Assembly (NCBI RefSeq): GCF_902488535.1
Contig: NZ_CABTWO010000013.1
Coordinates: 571-64,570 of the forward strand
DNA: 64,000 nucleotides
Direction: 5' to 3'
Origin: an uncultured Mobiluncus sp.
GTDB taxonomy: Bacteria > Actinomycetota > Actinomycetes > Actinomycetales > Actinomycetaceae
Shown: in pieces, positions 49,757 through 60,222 of the stretch
Numbering within the stretch: position 1 is the stretch's first letter
Layout of the letters: the number at the start of each line of letters is the position of its first letter
Translations under genes and position numbers: made by a program
Notes under the pieces: model-generated
The model's database searches: none
Seen by the model: only the letters and a program-made list of their open reading frames with translations
Told to the model about the DNA's origin: nothing

Positions 49757-52117
49757 ATGGCAAGCAATATTTCCTCGATACATGGCGTTCATGTATGCAA
49801 CGGAGCTTTCTCCGACGGCTGCGATATCAATCTTTTTGTGGATGATGCACCGGCACGGCGCACCTCGATTGTCTTTGGTCACAACGGCTCTGGAAAATCG
49901 ACCATAGCGCGCGAAATAGACGCCATCAGAGCAGGGGGCGGTAATGGATATTTTTATGATTCGGCTAATCAAGAATTAGATCTGGACGATGCGGACCGTA
50001 AGCGAATAAGGGTCTTCAGCGAAGAGTACATTGAGTCGAAAACACGCATCGATGATGATGGTCTTGAGGCGTTTGCGATGCTTGGCGAACAAGTCGAAGC
50101 AGCGGACGAAATCAAGAAGATCGATGACCAGATCGATAGCATTAGCACCGAAAACGAGAAGCTGGCAAAAATAATTGACGGGTTTACGAAAGGCAAGAAT
50201 TCTCTTGAAGCTCTGAAGGAAGCAGCGAGGGAGGCTGCAAAGAGAGGTGGGTGGAGATCTAGGGCAGAGAAGGTAGACGGCAAAGCCCCAAATCTCACAC
50301 CTAATCGATGGGGTGAAATATGTAAATCGGCGTCTGGACAGCCACGCGAATCTCTGGAAAAACAGTTCAACGACAAACTGGTGGAATACAAAAAGGCGAG
50401 CGGAGCCGGTGACAGCCATCTGCCTGAGCTTTCGCTGATAGATGTCGAGCGATACAACGAAGCGCGAATTCTAGAGCTTCTAGCAAAATGCGTAGAAAAT
50501 CCTACACTCAGCGACCGTGAGAAGCGGATTCTCGAACTTGTTCAAAGCGGAGATCAGCTTCTGGTTGAGAAGTCAGCTAAGGTTTTCTCCAATTCGGAGA
50601 CTGATGCGTGCCCAATGTGTCTACGAGAGATTTCCACCCAGGAAAAGGCCTCGATTGTCGATAGCGTGCAAAAGGTGCTCAGCAAGGAAGTTGACAAATT
50701 CAAAGCGGAGCTCAGACAAGCGTCCTTGCAAGATATTACTCAGCAGACTGTCGCCGAACAGGTATCTGCCTCGCTGAGTACCGACTTGCCTAGGGTCGAG
50801 CAAATGGTGATTAGCCTGGTAAGGAACTACAACGACTTGTTAGCGGAGAGGGAGTCAAACGTCTATTCCCCAAAAACCATTGAACCCCTGGGGTTGTCGG
50901 AAGCACTTAATGACTTGAACGAAGTGATTAAGCGCATCAATGAGGAAGTTGCATCGATAAACAAAGCCATAGATGAGAAGGCGGAAATCCATAGTACGCT
51001 CCTTGGCTTGAATAATGCGATCGCCGCAGTGGATGCGCTCCCAATGATAAAAGGGAGCGAAGAGGCGGCTGAAAATCTCGCTAAGGCCAGGGCTAGCCAA
51101 AAGAAGAACAACGATACCCTCAAATCTCTGGTTCAGAGCAGGGCAGCACAGGAAGCCAGAATGCGGAGGGTCGACATCGCGGTCGATGTGATCAACGCTT
51201 ATCTTGCGAACGTCTATTTCGACACCAAAAAATTCCAGCTTCAACCGAATGGTGATAAGTACAAGATTATCTCGAACGGCTATCCCGTAAAGCCGAAGGA
51301 CATCTCGACAGGTGAGAGAAACATTCTTGCCCTCTGCTACTTCTTCTCTGAGGGCGGAAAGGACAGGGAGAAGAATCACGAGGATGACGACCCACAGTAC
51401 CTCGTTCTCGATGATCCAATTTCTAGCTTCGACATGGAGAACAGAATAGGGGTCTGTTCGCTGATCAGAGAACGCTCCGAGCACCTTTTGAGAGCGAATG
51501 CAGAGAGCCGCATTACAGTCATGACTCATGACGGGGGCGTTGTGGAAGAGCTGACAAATATCTTCTCGGACATAAGTGACACTTTCGACGGGAAAAAAAT
51601 CAAGACTGACCTGCTTGAGCTTAGGGGAAGGTCTTCTGAACCACGCGGCGAGAAAAGCAGCGAATATGTTGTTCTGCTAGAGCGCGCATATAAATTTGCC
51701 AGTGCCGAGAATATCGACCCGAACGAGTCGTACGTGATTGGCAACATACTCAGGAGGATTCTAGAGGGATACAGCACCTTCAACTACGGAATAGGAACGT
51801 CTCGACTGTCTCGCGACCCAGACCTGCGAGAGCGCCTCGGTGACCAACTACCCTTCCTTGAATATGCCATGTATCGCCTTGCTTTCAACGATGCCAGCCA
51901 CATGGAGAAGCGCGTAAAGGCGTTCAATCCCACAAACGCCTTTGAACGGTACAGCGAAGAGGAGAAAAAGAGATGCGCTCAATGTGTCATGGTTATTCTC
52001 GACAAGCTCGACCCTGTACATCTGAAAAAGCATCTTGGTAGTTGCCAGGTTAGTAAGCAGGAAATTGAGAATCACTTGAGTGAGTGGTCCGATCGATTTA
52101 CTCCTGCGGCATCATGA
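49757..52117 (+). CDS. AAA_13/RloC-like ABC ATPase with zinc hook and HEPN-like C-terminus
   Basis: GHNGSGKS, coiled coil with CPMC, ISTGERN, LVLDDPISSFD, MTHD, NILRRILEGY..RLAFNDASH; start after AGGAG. Confidence 0.75.
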   Translation: MASNISSIHGVHVCNGAFSDGCDINLFVDDAPARRTSIVFGHNGSGKSTIAREIDAIRAGGGNGYFYDSANQELDLDDADRKRIRVFSEEYIESKTRIDDDGLEAFAMLGEQVEAADEIKKIDDQIDSISTENEKLAKIIDGFTKGKNSLEALKEAAREAAKRGGWRSRAEKVDGKAPNLTPNRWGEICKSASGQPRESLEKQFNDKLVEYKKASGAGDSHLPELSLIDVERYNEARILELLAKCVENPTLSDREKRILELVQSGDQLLVEKSAKVFSNSETDACPMCLREISTQEKASIVDSVQKVLSKEVDKFKAELRQASLQDITQQTVAEQVSASLSTDLPRVEQMVISLVRNYNDLLAERESNVYSPKTIEPLGLSEALNDLNEVIKRINEEVASINKAIDEKAEIHSTLLGLNNAIAAVDALPMIKGSEEAAENLAKARASQKKNNDTLKSLVQSRAAQEARMRRVDIAVDVINAYLANVYFDTKKFQLQPNGDKYKIISNGYPVKPKDISTGERNILALCYFFSEGGKDREKNHEDDDPQYLVLDDPISSFDMENRIGVCSLIRERSEHLLRANAESRITVMTHDGGVVEELTNIFSDISDTFDGKKIKTDLLELRGRSSEPRGEKSSEYVVLLERAYKFASAENIDPNESYVIGNILRRILEGYSTFNYGIGTSRLSRDPDLRERLGDQLPFLEYAMYRLAFNDASHMEKRVKAFNPTNAFERYSEEEKKRCAQCVMVILDKLDPVHLKKHLGSCQVSKQEIENHLSEWSDRFTPAAS

Positions 52118-52138
52118 TACGCGTTGTTCAGCAAGAAA

Positions 52139-52372
52139 TGTAGTCGCTACCGTGATGCCTAGTGGTATTTCCCTAGATCAGAGCCGTCACTCTTCGCTCA
52201 CGAGTCGTCACTCTTGGGTCGGGGAGTGCCCTACCCCGTTAGCACCGTTTTTGTCCATGTAGTCAGTTGCGTGCAATCGAAATGTGTTTTCGCCGTTCAA
52301 ACGGTTACTCTTCAGTCGGGTGAAAATACTCTTCCCGGGTGACTACAGAACATGTAGTCACCACTGACTACA
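52139..52372. repeat. cluster of short direct and inverted repeats at island end
   Basis: Five TGTAGTC/GACTACA copies, perfect IR GGTGACTACA-5nt-TGTAGTCACC, and two ACTCTT pairs each with a 21-bp period. Confidence 0.7.
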
Positions 52373-52471
52373 CAGAAACGGGCTCTGCAACGATTAAGCG
52401 GGAATAAACGTGTGACTCTCCTGATGCGGATTACCATGTCAAGCCGTACGATGGTTTAGGGGTGGTTTGGA

Positions 52472-53359
52472 ATGCAACGGTTTGAAAACAACGTCTTTGA
52501 CACAGCTTTATTGTTTGAAGGCGGAGCCATGCGTGGCAGTTACAGCGGGGGAGCAGTAAACGCCCTGTTGGAGGCCGAAGTTTATGTGGACTACGTGGCA
52601 GGGATCTCCGCGGGGGCAACCTGCCTGGTGAACTATCTGGCCCGGTTGCCCCAACGCTCCCGGCGCTGCTTTATTGATGTTTCTACCGATCCTGCTTTTG
52701 GCGGCTGGAAGACCGCCATCAAAGGCAAAGGGATTTTTGACACTCACCACATGTACTACGACATGACTGAGCCAGGGGGAATGCTGGAACTGGACTATGA
52801 ACGGTTTGCGGCCAATCCGGCGGCGTGGCGTGTTGGGGTGTACAACGCTGAGCGTGGCGAAAATGTCTATTTCAGTTCAGACCAGGTGGACACGGTACAA
52901 AAGCTCACCCATGTGTGCAAGGCTTCGGGATCCATGCCGATTGCCACCCCGGTCACCTACATCGCCGGGGAGGCCTGCATGGACGGTGCCATAGGCCCCA
53001 GCGGCGGGATTCCCCTGGACGTGGCTCAGGCAGATGGTTACGAAAAGTTCCTGGTCATCCTGACGCGACCGCGGGATTATGTGAAGGAAAACCGTCTGCC
53101 CGATTGGACCTATCGGTCTTTGCTGGCACGTTATCCGCGGGCGGCCCAGGCCTTGGTAGACCGTCCCGCGAATTACAACCGGACCCGGGCGGAACTGGAG
53201 CGCTTGGAAGCTGAGGGCAAGGCCTACGTGTTTTATCCCGAACATATGGGAGTTGCGAATTTCGAAGATAATCCCGCCAAGCTGGAAGAAAATTTTGCGG
53301 CCGGATACGAACAGATGCAACGTGAACTCCCAAAGGTTAAAGAGTTCTTAGGGCTGTAA
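52472..53359 (+). CDS. patatin-like phospholipase family protein
   Basis: EGGAMRG oxyanion motif, GISAG nucleophile, DGAI. Confidence 0.88.
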   Translation: MQRFENNVFDTALLFEGGAMRGSYSGGAVNALLEAEVYVDYVAGISAGATCLVNYLARLPQRSRRCFIDVSTDPAFGGWKTAIKGKGIFDTHHMYYDMTEPGGMLELDYERFAANPAAWRVGVYNAERGENVYFSSDQVDTVQKLTHVCKASGSMPIATPVTYIAGEACMDGAIGPSGGIPLDVAQADGYEKFLVILTRPRDYVKENRLPDWTYRSLLARYPRAAQALVDRPANYNRTRAELERLEAEGKAYVFYPEHMGVANFEDNPAKLEENFAAGYEQMQRELPKVKEFLGL

Positions 53360-53417
53360 AGTCGCGTGGTAGATTGCGTGAACTGTCAGAATTCCAACAC
53401 GCGGATATAATTGGGGA

Positions 53418-56261
53418 GTGAAAGATAGCTGGCGGGTGTTCACTCGTGATGTGAAGCGGATTATTGCGGTTCCGCGGTCCCTGATTATCATCATCGGCAT
53501 CTTAGTCACCCCAGCCCTCTACACTTGGCTGAATATTGCGGCCTTTTGGAACCCCTATAAGGCGACGGAAAACCTGCCCATAGCGGTGGTGAATAATGAT
53601 GTGGGGGCGGCATCTGCACTGACTGGTCAGCTCAATATTGGCGACCTCATAGTCGAGCAACTCTCGGAGAATGAACAGCTCGGCTGGCAGTTCACGGACC
53701 AGGACACGGCCAACCACAAGATCAGAGCCGGGGAAGTCTATGCGACTTTAGTTATCCCCAAGACCTTTAGTAAAGATTTGGTCGATATCTTCAGCGGTCA
53801 ACGCCACCAGCCGACCATCGAATACTATGTGAACGAAAAGAAAGGCGCTATTGCGCCAAAAATTACCGATGCGGGAGCAAATGAACTCGACATCCAAATC
53901 ACGTCTACTTTCCGAGGCCAGGTAGGCGAGGCCATTGCGCAGGCTTTGCGCGATGGTGGGTTAGAGATTGACGCGAATGTTGTCGGTGCTCAGGGTAGTG
54001 CTTTAGATGCTTTGGGTGGTATCAACCGGGACCTGGCTGATACGCAAGTCGCCTTGGATTCCGCCAGTACGTCTCTGAAGGGTTCCTTACAGACTATGAA
54101 AAAAGTCCGGGCTGCGCTGGGCGCAGCTGACCCGACATTGGCTGATGTTTCCGCGGCTTTGAGCGACGCCCAAGACATTTTAGTAACGGTCGTTTCTGAT
54201 GCTTCCGAATTCGCGGCCACGGCGGGGCAAGCCAGTATTGAAGCCCAAAAAGCGCTCAATGAGTCCTCGGCGGCCGCGGGTTCGGCGGTATCGAATGCGA
54301 CGAGCAAACTCACCGAAATGAACTTGCAGCTGCAATCCGGTATTCAGCGGGCGAATGCTTCGACTACGAAAATGCGCGAGCAGATTGCGGTTTTGAAAGG
54401 TTACCCGCAGGCCCAAAAGCTCGCTGCGAAGTTGAATTCCCAGTTGAACGACATGCAGAATCTGCTCGCTAAGGTCGGGAAAACCGGATCAGAGGCGGTA
54501 AAGACCAGCGAGGATTTGCAGGCGCTAATGAAAGCCTTCGATCAGGCTCAGACCGATGCGCAAAGAGTTACCACTGGTCTGCGTGAACAGTCCAATCAGG
54601 CGGCATCCACGTTAAACGCCCGGGTGACGCAGCTGTCGGCACAGCTGGGAGCCATCAAATCCGCGGTGGGCGTTGCAAGAATATCCCTTACGGAAATTTC
54701 AGCACTGACCCGCGGAGTTGATGACCAGATTGTGGATATGCAAAACGTGCTTGGCCAGGTGCAGGGCAACCTGAATGGGCTGGCCAGTACGGCTCGCGGG
54801 GCGCAAACCGATGTGGCGACTCTGGCCACCGCGCTACGGACGGGACCCTTGGAAAAAGTCATTGGCTTGGACCCGACCAATATCGGACGCTACCTGACCT
54901 CACCTGTGGAATTCGACCAACAAACGCTCTTTCCCATCAACTCTTATGGTTCGGGAATGGCGGCCATGTTTATCAATCTTTCCCTGTGGATTGGTGCGCT
55001 TATCCTGGTCATTATTTTCCGGGTAGAAGTCGATAAAGAGGGATTTGGCTGGTTGAGTTTGCGCTCGGCTTATCTGGGACGATTTATGCTCTCCGGTGTG
55101 CTGTCTATAGGGCAGGGGTTGATTGTCAGCGTGGGCAGCTTGCTGATGGGAGTTCAGGCGGTCAATGCCCCCGCTTTCATTGCTACATCCATGCTGATTG
55201 GGCCGTGTTATTTGGCAATTATCTATGCCTTAGCGGCCGCGCTCAGTCACGTGGGCCGTGCCCTGGCAATCTTGCTGGTGGTGTTGCAGATTCCCGGTGC
55301 CTCGGGCATCTATCCTATTGAGCTCATGCCCGGATTTTTCCGCCAGCTTTCTCCGATGCTCCCGTTTTCTTACGGCATTGACGCGATGCGAGAAACTATC
55401 GGCGGGTTCTATGACGGGCGTTTCTGGCATGTTATGGCGGTTTTATTGCTTATGAGCGTCACGGTGTTCCTGTTGGGGTTTGTGGGGAGGCGCCGCTTGG
55501 GACACTTCACCCAGCTGTTCTATGACGATCTGGCCCGCACTGAACTGGTCGTGAATGAAGACGTGCAGCTGCAAAGCCCCAGTTACCGATTGAGTAACAT
55601 CATTGCGCTGCTGGGCAACCGGAAAGAATTTTCCACCCGCATCAATCGACGTCAGGAAAAGTTCAATGCCCGTTATCACGCTTTGATTAATGGATTGAGC
55701 AGCGTGGGGATTTTGGGACTGGTTGTGCTGGGGATGATTTCCCGGCTCACCTCCGCCAGTAAGCCAGTGCTTCTGGGCATAGTAGCGATTTGGGGACTGG
55801 TCATTATTGGGGCACTGGTTAACGTGGTCGCGCTAAAGAGCTCCATAGAACGGGCCGAAAGGCTGTCGCATCTGACAGAAGATGAGCTTTTCGAGAGCCT
55901 CGCCCGCCAGCGAGAAGCAAATTCAACCAAAACCACTAACCGGTCGGAGAGCCTGAACAGCGGACATAACTCGAGCCGCAGTGAACGCCGCCTTATTACC
56001 GCGTCAGAGCAGGAAGACGACGCGGCGGAAAGTGCCGCAGTGGAACCCGTTCTGGGGACCGCCGTCGGAACATTGGAAGAACCCCGGGACGAAAATGCGG
56101 GGAACAACCCCGAGGAAATTCAGAAGGAAACCGTGGACCAATCTGCTGATGGAATCCCGGCCGAACCCCAGGATCAAGCCAGGACCGATGCCGCGGATCA
56201 AAGTACCGAGAAACCTACGGGCGAAACCGATGCCTCAGCAACCGGGGAGGCAGCACTATGA
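53418..56261 (+). CDS. YhgE/Pip family membrane protein
   Basis: PALYTWLNIAAFWNPY, IAVVNND, NEKKGAIAPKIT, coiled coil, SYGSGMA, GIYPIELMP. Confidence 0.9.
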   Translation: MKDSWRVFTRDVKRIIAVPRSLIIIIGILVTPALYTWLNIAAFWNPYKATENLPIAVVNNDVGAASALTGQLNIGDLIVEQLSENEQLGWQFTDQDTANHKIRAGEVYATLVIPKTFSKDLVDIFSGQRHQPTIEYYVNEKKGAIAPKITDAGANELDIQITSTFRGQVGEAIAQALRDGGLEIDANVVGAQGSALDALGGINRDLADTQVALDSASTSLKGSLQTMKKVRAALGAADPTLADVSAALSDAQDILVTVVSDASEFAATAGQASIEAQKALNESSAAAGSAVSNATSKLTEMNLQLQSGIQRANASTTKMREQIAVLKGYPQAQKLAAKLNSQLNDMQNLLAKVGKTGSEAVKTSEDLQALMKAFDQAQTDAQRVTTGLREQSNQAASTLNARVTQLSAQLGAIKSAVGVARISLTEISALTRGVDDQIVDMQNVLGQVQGNLNGLASTARGAQTDVATLATALRTGPLEKVIGLDPTNIGRYLTSPVEFDQQTLFPINSYGSGMAAMFINLSLWIGALILVIIFRVEVDKEGFGWLSLRSAYLGRFMLSGVLSIGQGLIVSVGSLLMGVQAVNAPAFIATSMLIGPCYLAIIYALAAALSHVGRALAILLVVLQIPGASGIYPIELMPGFFRQLSPMLPFSYGIDAMRETIGGFYDGRFWHVMAVLLLMSVTVFLLGFVGRRRLGHFTQLFYDDLARTELVVNEDVQLQSPSYRLSNIIALLGNRKEFSTRINRRQEKFNARYHALINGLSSVGILGLVVLGMISRLTSASKPVLLGIVAIWGLVIIGALVNVVALKSSIERAERLSHLTEDELFESLARQREANSTKTTNRSESLNSGHNSSRSERRLITASEQEDDAAESAAVEPVLGTAVGTLEEPRDENAGNNPEEIQKETVDQSADGIPAEPQDQARTDAADQSTEKPTGETDASATGEAAL

Positions 56262-58609
56262 ACAAAGTACTTTTTATCATTCGTGACGACTTTCGCCAGA
56301 TTCGCAGCAGCGTCATGGTTCGGATTTTCATGGTTCTATTGATTGCCGTGCCCTTGTTTTTCACCTGGTTCAACGTACTGGCGACTTGGGATCCCTTCTC
56401 GAATTCGGGACGCTTGCAGATTGCCGTGGCCAGCACCGATGAGGGCTACACCAGCAAGCTCCTGAACGTCAAAGTCAATGTGGGGGACACGGTACTCAAG
56501 GAACTGGCCGTGAATGACCAGTTCGATTGGGTGCTGACCAGCAAAGATCAGGCTTTGGAAGGTGCGCGCTCAGGGGAGTATTACGCGGCAATTGTGTTGC
56601 CGGAGGATTTTTCGCAGTCCATGTTCACGTTCTATGCCGGCGGGGCTGCTCCGGCGGATATCACGCTGTACACCAACGAAAAGAAGAACCCGCTGTCCGC
56701 CAACCTCACCACGCAAGGCGCTCAGGGTGTCACCGCGCAAATCAACACGACTTTTTCGCGAACCTTGGCCGAAGTCGCCGTGGGTATTGCCGAGGACGTG
56801 TCCTCCTACCTGGACACTGCCGACACTCAGGCGGCCTTGGATCGGCTGAGCAACCGCCTCGAATCCCTCTGTGCACAATTGAATTCCGGGGCGAATACAG
56901 TCAGTTCTCTGTCTACCTTGATAGGTTCGGCGGTGCCGCTGGCCACAGGGGCAAAACAGCTGGCTGCGGGGGTGCAGGACTCTTTCGATGGGGCTGTTGG
57001 CGATGCATTTGGTTCCGGGGTCAAAAGTACGGGGGGGACAGATAATCCTTTCGCGGTCGTTTCCTCTGGGCTCGATGATGCTGTGAGCCTGGCGGCAGAC
57101 AATATTTCCAACCTGCAAAATCAGTTGGACAATTTGCTGGATTCGGCCAACAGCACTACCCAAAGCAGTGCTGTCGCAGTCGAACAGCTGCAGAACTTGT
57201 TGGACAAACAAATCATTGGCTTCCAAAAGACTCGGGACGAAATCGAGCAGTCATTGGGCTCGGACGGGGCGGATTTGCTGGGGAAGGATCCGACCGTTGA
57301 CCGGTTCCTGGCCGATATGGACGCGGTGATTGCTCGCCAACAAAGCCTGTCGGAACGACTGGGCAGTATTGCAGCTGACATGCGCCGGGGGGTAACTCTC
57401 GATTCTGACCTGAGAGAGTCGGCCCACCGTGCCATAGCGGACGCGCAACGGGCTATTGACACGGCCCGGTCCAACTATGAGAAAAATTTGCAGCCAAAGA
57501 TTGAAAGCCTGCGTGAAAACCTGGATTCTGCCGGAGAGGATGTGAAAGTTTTCCGTTCATATTTGGAGGCGATACAAGCCGACCTGTCGGAAAGTGCGGG
57601 TGGGATGATTGAGAGTATGCGCCGCTCCCAAAAGACCCTGGCAGATACCGCGCAAAGGATGCGTGACGGGGCCAACCGCTTGGACCAGGCTCGTGAACAG
57701 ATTGCGTCCACCCGGGAGGAAGGGGACTTGGACCAAATCGCAACGACGTTGGGAGCTGACCCCAAGGGATTTGCTCGCCTGATTTCTTCCCCCGTAGCAG
57801 TACAACGTAATGCTGTGTTCCCAGTCGCCACTTTCGGGGTGGGCATGGCTCCGCTTTTCACCGTCATAGCCCTGTGGGTTGGGGCGCTCCTGGCGGGGGT
57901 TTTCCTGCGTACTGGCGTTTCTCCGAACGTGGGCCAACGCTTCCTGGACAGCGTTGCAGACCGGAAACATCGTGACGCAGCCGCTGCGGCAGATACGGAC
58001 GCTGCGGAATCGTCTCGGTCAGTTGAACCAGGCACGAAACTTGACGAAACAGCACCGACTCCAGCTGCGAAATCAGCCGTGAAAGCCGCAGAGAAAAAGC
58101 CTGTCTTCACCGGGGCTCAGGAGTACCTGGGACGTTACTTCATGTTCTGGGCAATTGGGATGGCTCAATCCACATTGCTGATGGTCGGGCTGATTGTGTT
58201 CGTGGAGATTGAACCGGCTCACCCCTTCCTGCTGATTTTGGCGGGATGGATCATTTCCACCGTCTTTACCAATATCGTTTATACGCTGGTCGTGGCGCTT
58301 TCCAATGCGGGCAAAGCCTTAGCGGTGGTGTTACTGGTACTACAGATTTCTGCCGCTGGCGGGGCCTATCCGCTGGAACTGCTACCGCAGTGGTTCCAAA
58401 ACATCAGTCCCTGGCTGCCGGCCACGTATGCGATTAACTTGATGCGTTCGGATATCGCCGGGATTTATGCGGGGGACTTTACCTACAACCTGGTGATAAT
58501 CCTGGTGTTCCTAATTCCGAACTTGGTACTCGGGTTGGTTTTGCGGCATACGATTGCCGGGCGGATTCACGATATGACCAAGGCGATTGAAAAAACGAAA
58601 GTCATGTAA
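56258..58609 (+). CDS. YhgE/Pip family membrane protein
   Basis: WFNVLATWDPF, VASTDEG, NEKKNP, FGVGMAP, GGAYPLELLP; ATGA overlap. Confidence 0.9.
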   Translation: MNKVLFIIRDDFRQIRSSVMVRIFMVLLIAVPLFFTWFNVLATWDPFSNSGRLQIAVASTDEGYTSKLLNVKVNVGDTVLKELAVNDQFDWVLTSKDQALEGARSGEYYAAIVLPEDFSQSMFTFYAGGAAPADITLYTNEKKNPLSANLTTQGAQGVTAQINTTFSRTLAEVAVGIAEDVSSYLDTADTQAALDRLSNRLESLCAQLNSGANTVSSLSTLIGSAVPLATGAKQLAAGVQDSFDGAVGDAFGSGVKSTGGTDNPFAVVSSGLDDAVSLAADNISNLQNQLDNLLDSANSTTQSSAVAVEQLQNLLDKQIIGFQKTRDEIEQSLGSDGADLLGKDPTVDRFLADMDAVIARQQSLSERLGSIAADMRRGVTLDSDLRESAHRAIADAQRAIDTARSNYEKNLQPKIESLRENLDSAGEDVKVFRSYLEAIQADLSESAGGMIESMRRSQKTLADTAQRMRDGANRLDQAREQIASTREEGDLDQIATTLGADPKGFARLISSPVAVQRNAVFPVATFGVGMAPLFTVIALWVGALLAGVFLRTGVSPNVGQRFLDSVADRKHRDAAAAADTDAAESSRSVEPGTKLDETAPTPAAKSAVKAAEKKPVFTGAQEYLGRYFMFWAIGMAQSTLLMVGLIVFVEIEPAHPFLLILAGWIISTVFTNIVYTLVVALSNAGKALAVVLLVLQISAAGGAYPLELLPQWFQNISPWLPATYAINLMRSDIAGIYAGDFTYNLVIILVFLIPNLVLGLVLRHTIAGRIHDMTKAIEKTKVM

Positions 58610-58725
58610 TCGGGACTAACCAAACTGCGGTGAACCAGGTGTCATTGCGCATCGCGACCGGAGAACATCGGGAAATGAAAAACCGCATCGAATGCAATTG
58701 TTTTCGCCCATTGGCTGTGGTTTTT

Positions 58726-60006
58726 TTACCGTGATGCAGTTCCTTGCCGGCCAGTGAGCCAGTCAATGACGTGGACCACGCGGATGCCGTCGGGGCGGAT
58801 TCCGGTATGTAAATAATCAGTGGTCAACAGTAATTTGGGAAAAGCATCTTCAATAGCCTGTAGTGGTGTGAGCTCCCGGGTCATGACTTTTTCGTTGCTA
58901 ACGTCATCGGTGACTTGGAAATAAACGCGTTCGCCATTCTTTTCCGCCACGAAGTCCACTTCCCCTTTGGGCAGCGCACCAACAGTGACAGTGAAGCCAC
59001 GACGCCGCAGCTCTAGATAAACCAGGTTTTCTAACTGGTAGCCGACATCAGTAGGAGCGAAACCGGTGGTCAGGTTCCGTAATCCCGTGTCGACGGGATA
59101 GAACTTGCGTAACGGTCGCAGAATTTCTTTGCCGCGCAGCCCAATCTGTTCGACCGGATATATCAATAGCGCTCGGGTCAGGGCATCAAGATAGGAGTCG
59201 AGGGTAACCCCAGATACGCGATAGCCCGAGCTTTTCAGCGTGTTCACGATGGAACGAGTGGAGAACAGGGACCCGGAAGTGGAAAACACATAACGGACCA
59301 ACTTTTCTAAGACGTTTAATTCGCGCACCTGGAGTCGGGCTGCCACGTCGCGCAGGATTACGGAATCAAAGATGGTTGTGAGCTCTCTAGTCACGGTTTC
59401 CGTGTCTAATCCGGGAAGTTGGAACAGTCCTGGCATGCCTCCAAAGCGCAGGTAATCGGCAAACAGGGCTTCTTTACTGCGGGCGGTTTCCTGGTAGGTG
59501 GTTACGAAATCTAGATATTCCTGGAAAGACAGTGGGTAAATCTCAAGGACTACATAGCGTCCACTGAGTAGAGTTGCTAAATCACCGCTCAAAACATAAG
59601 CGTTGGAGCCGGTGAGATACACGTCCACTCCGGGACGGGTATGTAATCCACGGACGATTTTTTCCCAACCAGTAACATCTTGGACTTCATCTAGCAGCAC
59701 GTAGAAGGGCTTGTTGGGGTCGGCGGCATCGAAGGCTTGCCGTAAATCTGCTTGCAGCCATTGTGCATTCAAATCAAGTGGCAGGGAAAAATCGTCGAAG
59801 CGCCGCAGGTAAATGTGGCTTTCCGGTACTCCGGAATCCAGCAGTTCCTGTTTCCACAGTCGCAGCAGAGTCGACTTTCCGCAGCGACGCACTCCAGAGA
59901 GTACCTTTATCGATTCGGTATCACGGTAGCGTCGCAGCAGATCAAGATATTGAGGGCGTGCCAAGTCGCGAGAATACGAATGCGGTATGGTGGAATTGCT
60001 AATCAT
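58726..60006 (-). CDS. AAA_14/DUF4143 ATP-binding protein
   Basis: GVRRCGKST, LDEVQ, TGSNA, LSGRY, GGMP, KFYPVDTG, EVDFV. Confidence 0.85.
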   Translation of the reverse strand: MISNSTIPHSYSRDLARPQYLDLLRRYRDTESIKVLSGVRRCGKSTLLRLWKQELLDSGVPESHIYLRRFDDFSLPLDLNAQWLQADLRQAFDAADPNKPFYVLLDEVQDVTGWEKIVRGLHTRPGVDVYLTGSNAYVLSGDLATLLSGRYVVLEIYPLSFQEYLDFVTTYQETARSKEALFADYLRFGGMPGLFQLPGLDTETVTRELTTIFDSVILRDVAARLQVRELNVLEKLVRYVFSTSGSLFSTRSIVNTLKSSGYRVSGVTLDSYLDALTRALLIYPVEQIGLRGKEILRPLRKFYPVDTGLRNLTTGFAPTDVGYQLENLVYLELRRRGFTVTVGALPKGEVDFVAEKNGERVYFQVTDDVSNEKVMTRELTPLQAIEDAFPKLLLTTDYLHTGIRPDGIRVVHVIDWLTGRQGTASR

Positions 60007-60222
60007 ACTTTACATTTTAGCTTTTTTACACATAAATGAAAAGTATAATTTGCATTTGAAAGGGTCTGGGTAGGAGGCTTTTTTGCTTGCTCGTGGACTT
60101 GACTTCTCATTGTTGTAGGCAAGGCACCACACAAGTTCAGTCTTCGCTCGCGTCAGATAGTCGTCGTCCCCAGCCTGCCCGCCTTTGTTGTCTAAAAGGA
60201 GGATTTTCAAAAGGGATTTAGT

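Larger units (their letters stand above)
47231..52407. mobile_element. degenerate genomic island at the guaA 3' end (defence cargo, no integrase)
   Basis: Degenerate copy of the guaA 3' end at 52387-52407 (14/21 nt); excisionase-like pseudogene; repeat cluster at the right end. Confidence 0.65.

Noticed and set aside
52139..52372. CRISPR-like mini-array
   Set aside because: Motifs are only 6-10 nt, in mixed orientation and irregularly spaced
60010..60210. 66-aa minus-strand ORF
   Set aside because: No RBS or recognisable family; overlaps the promoter of the downstream ATPase gene
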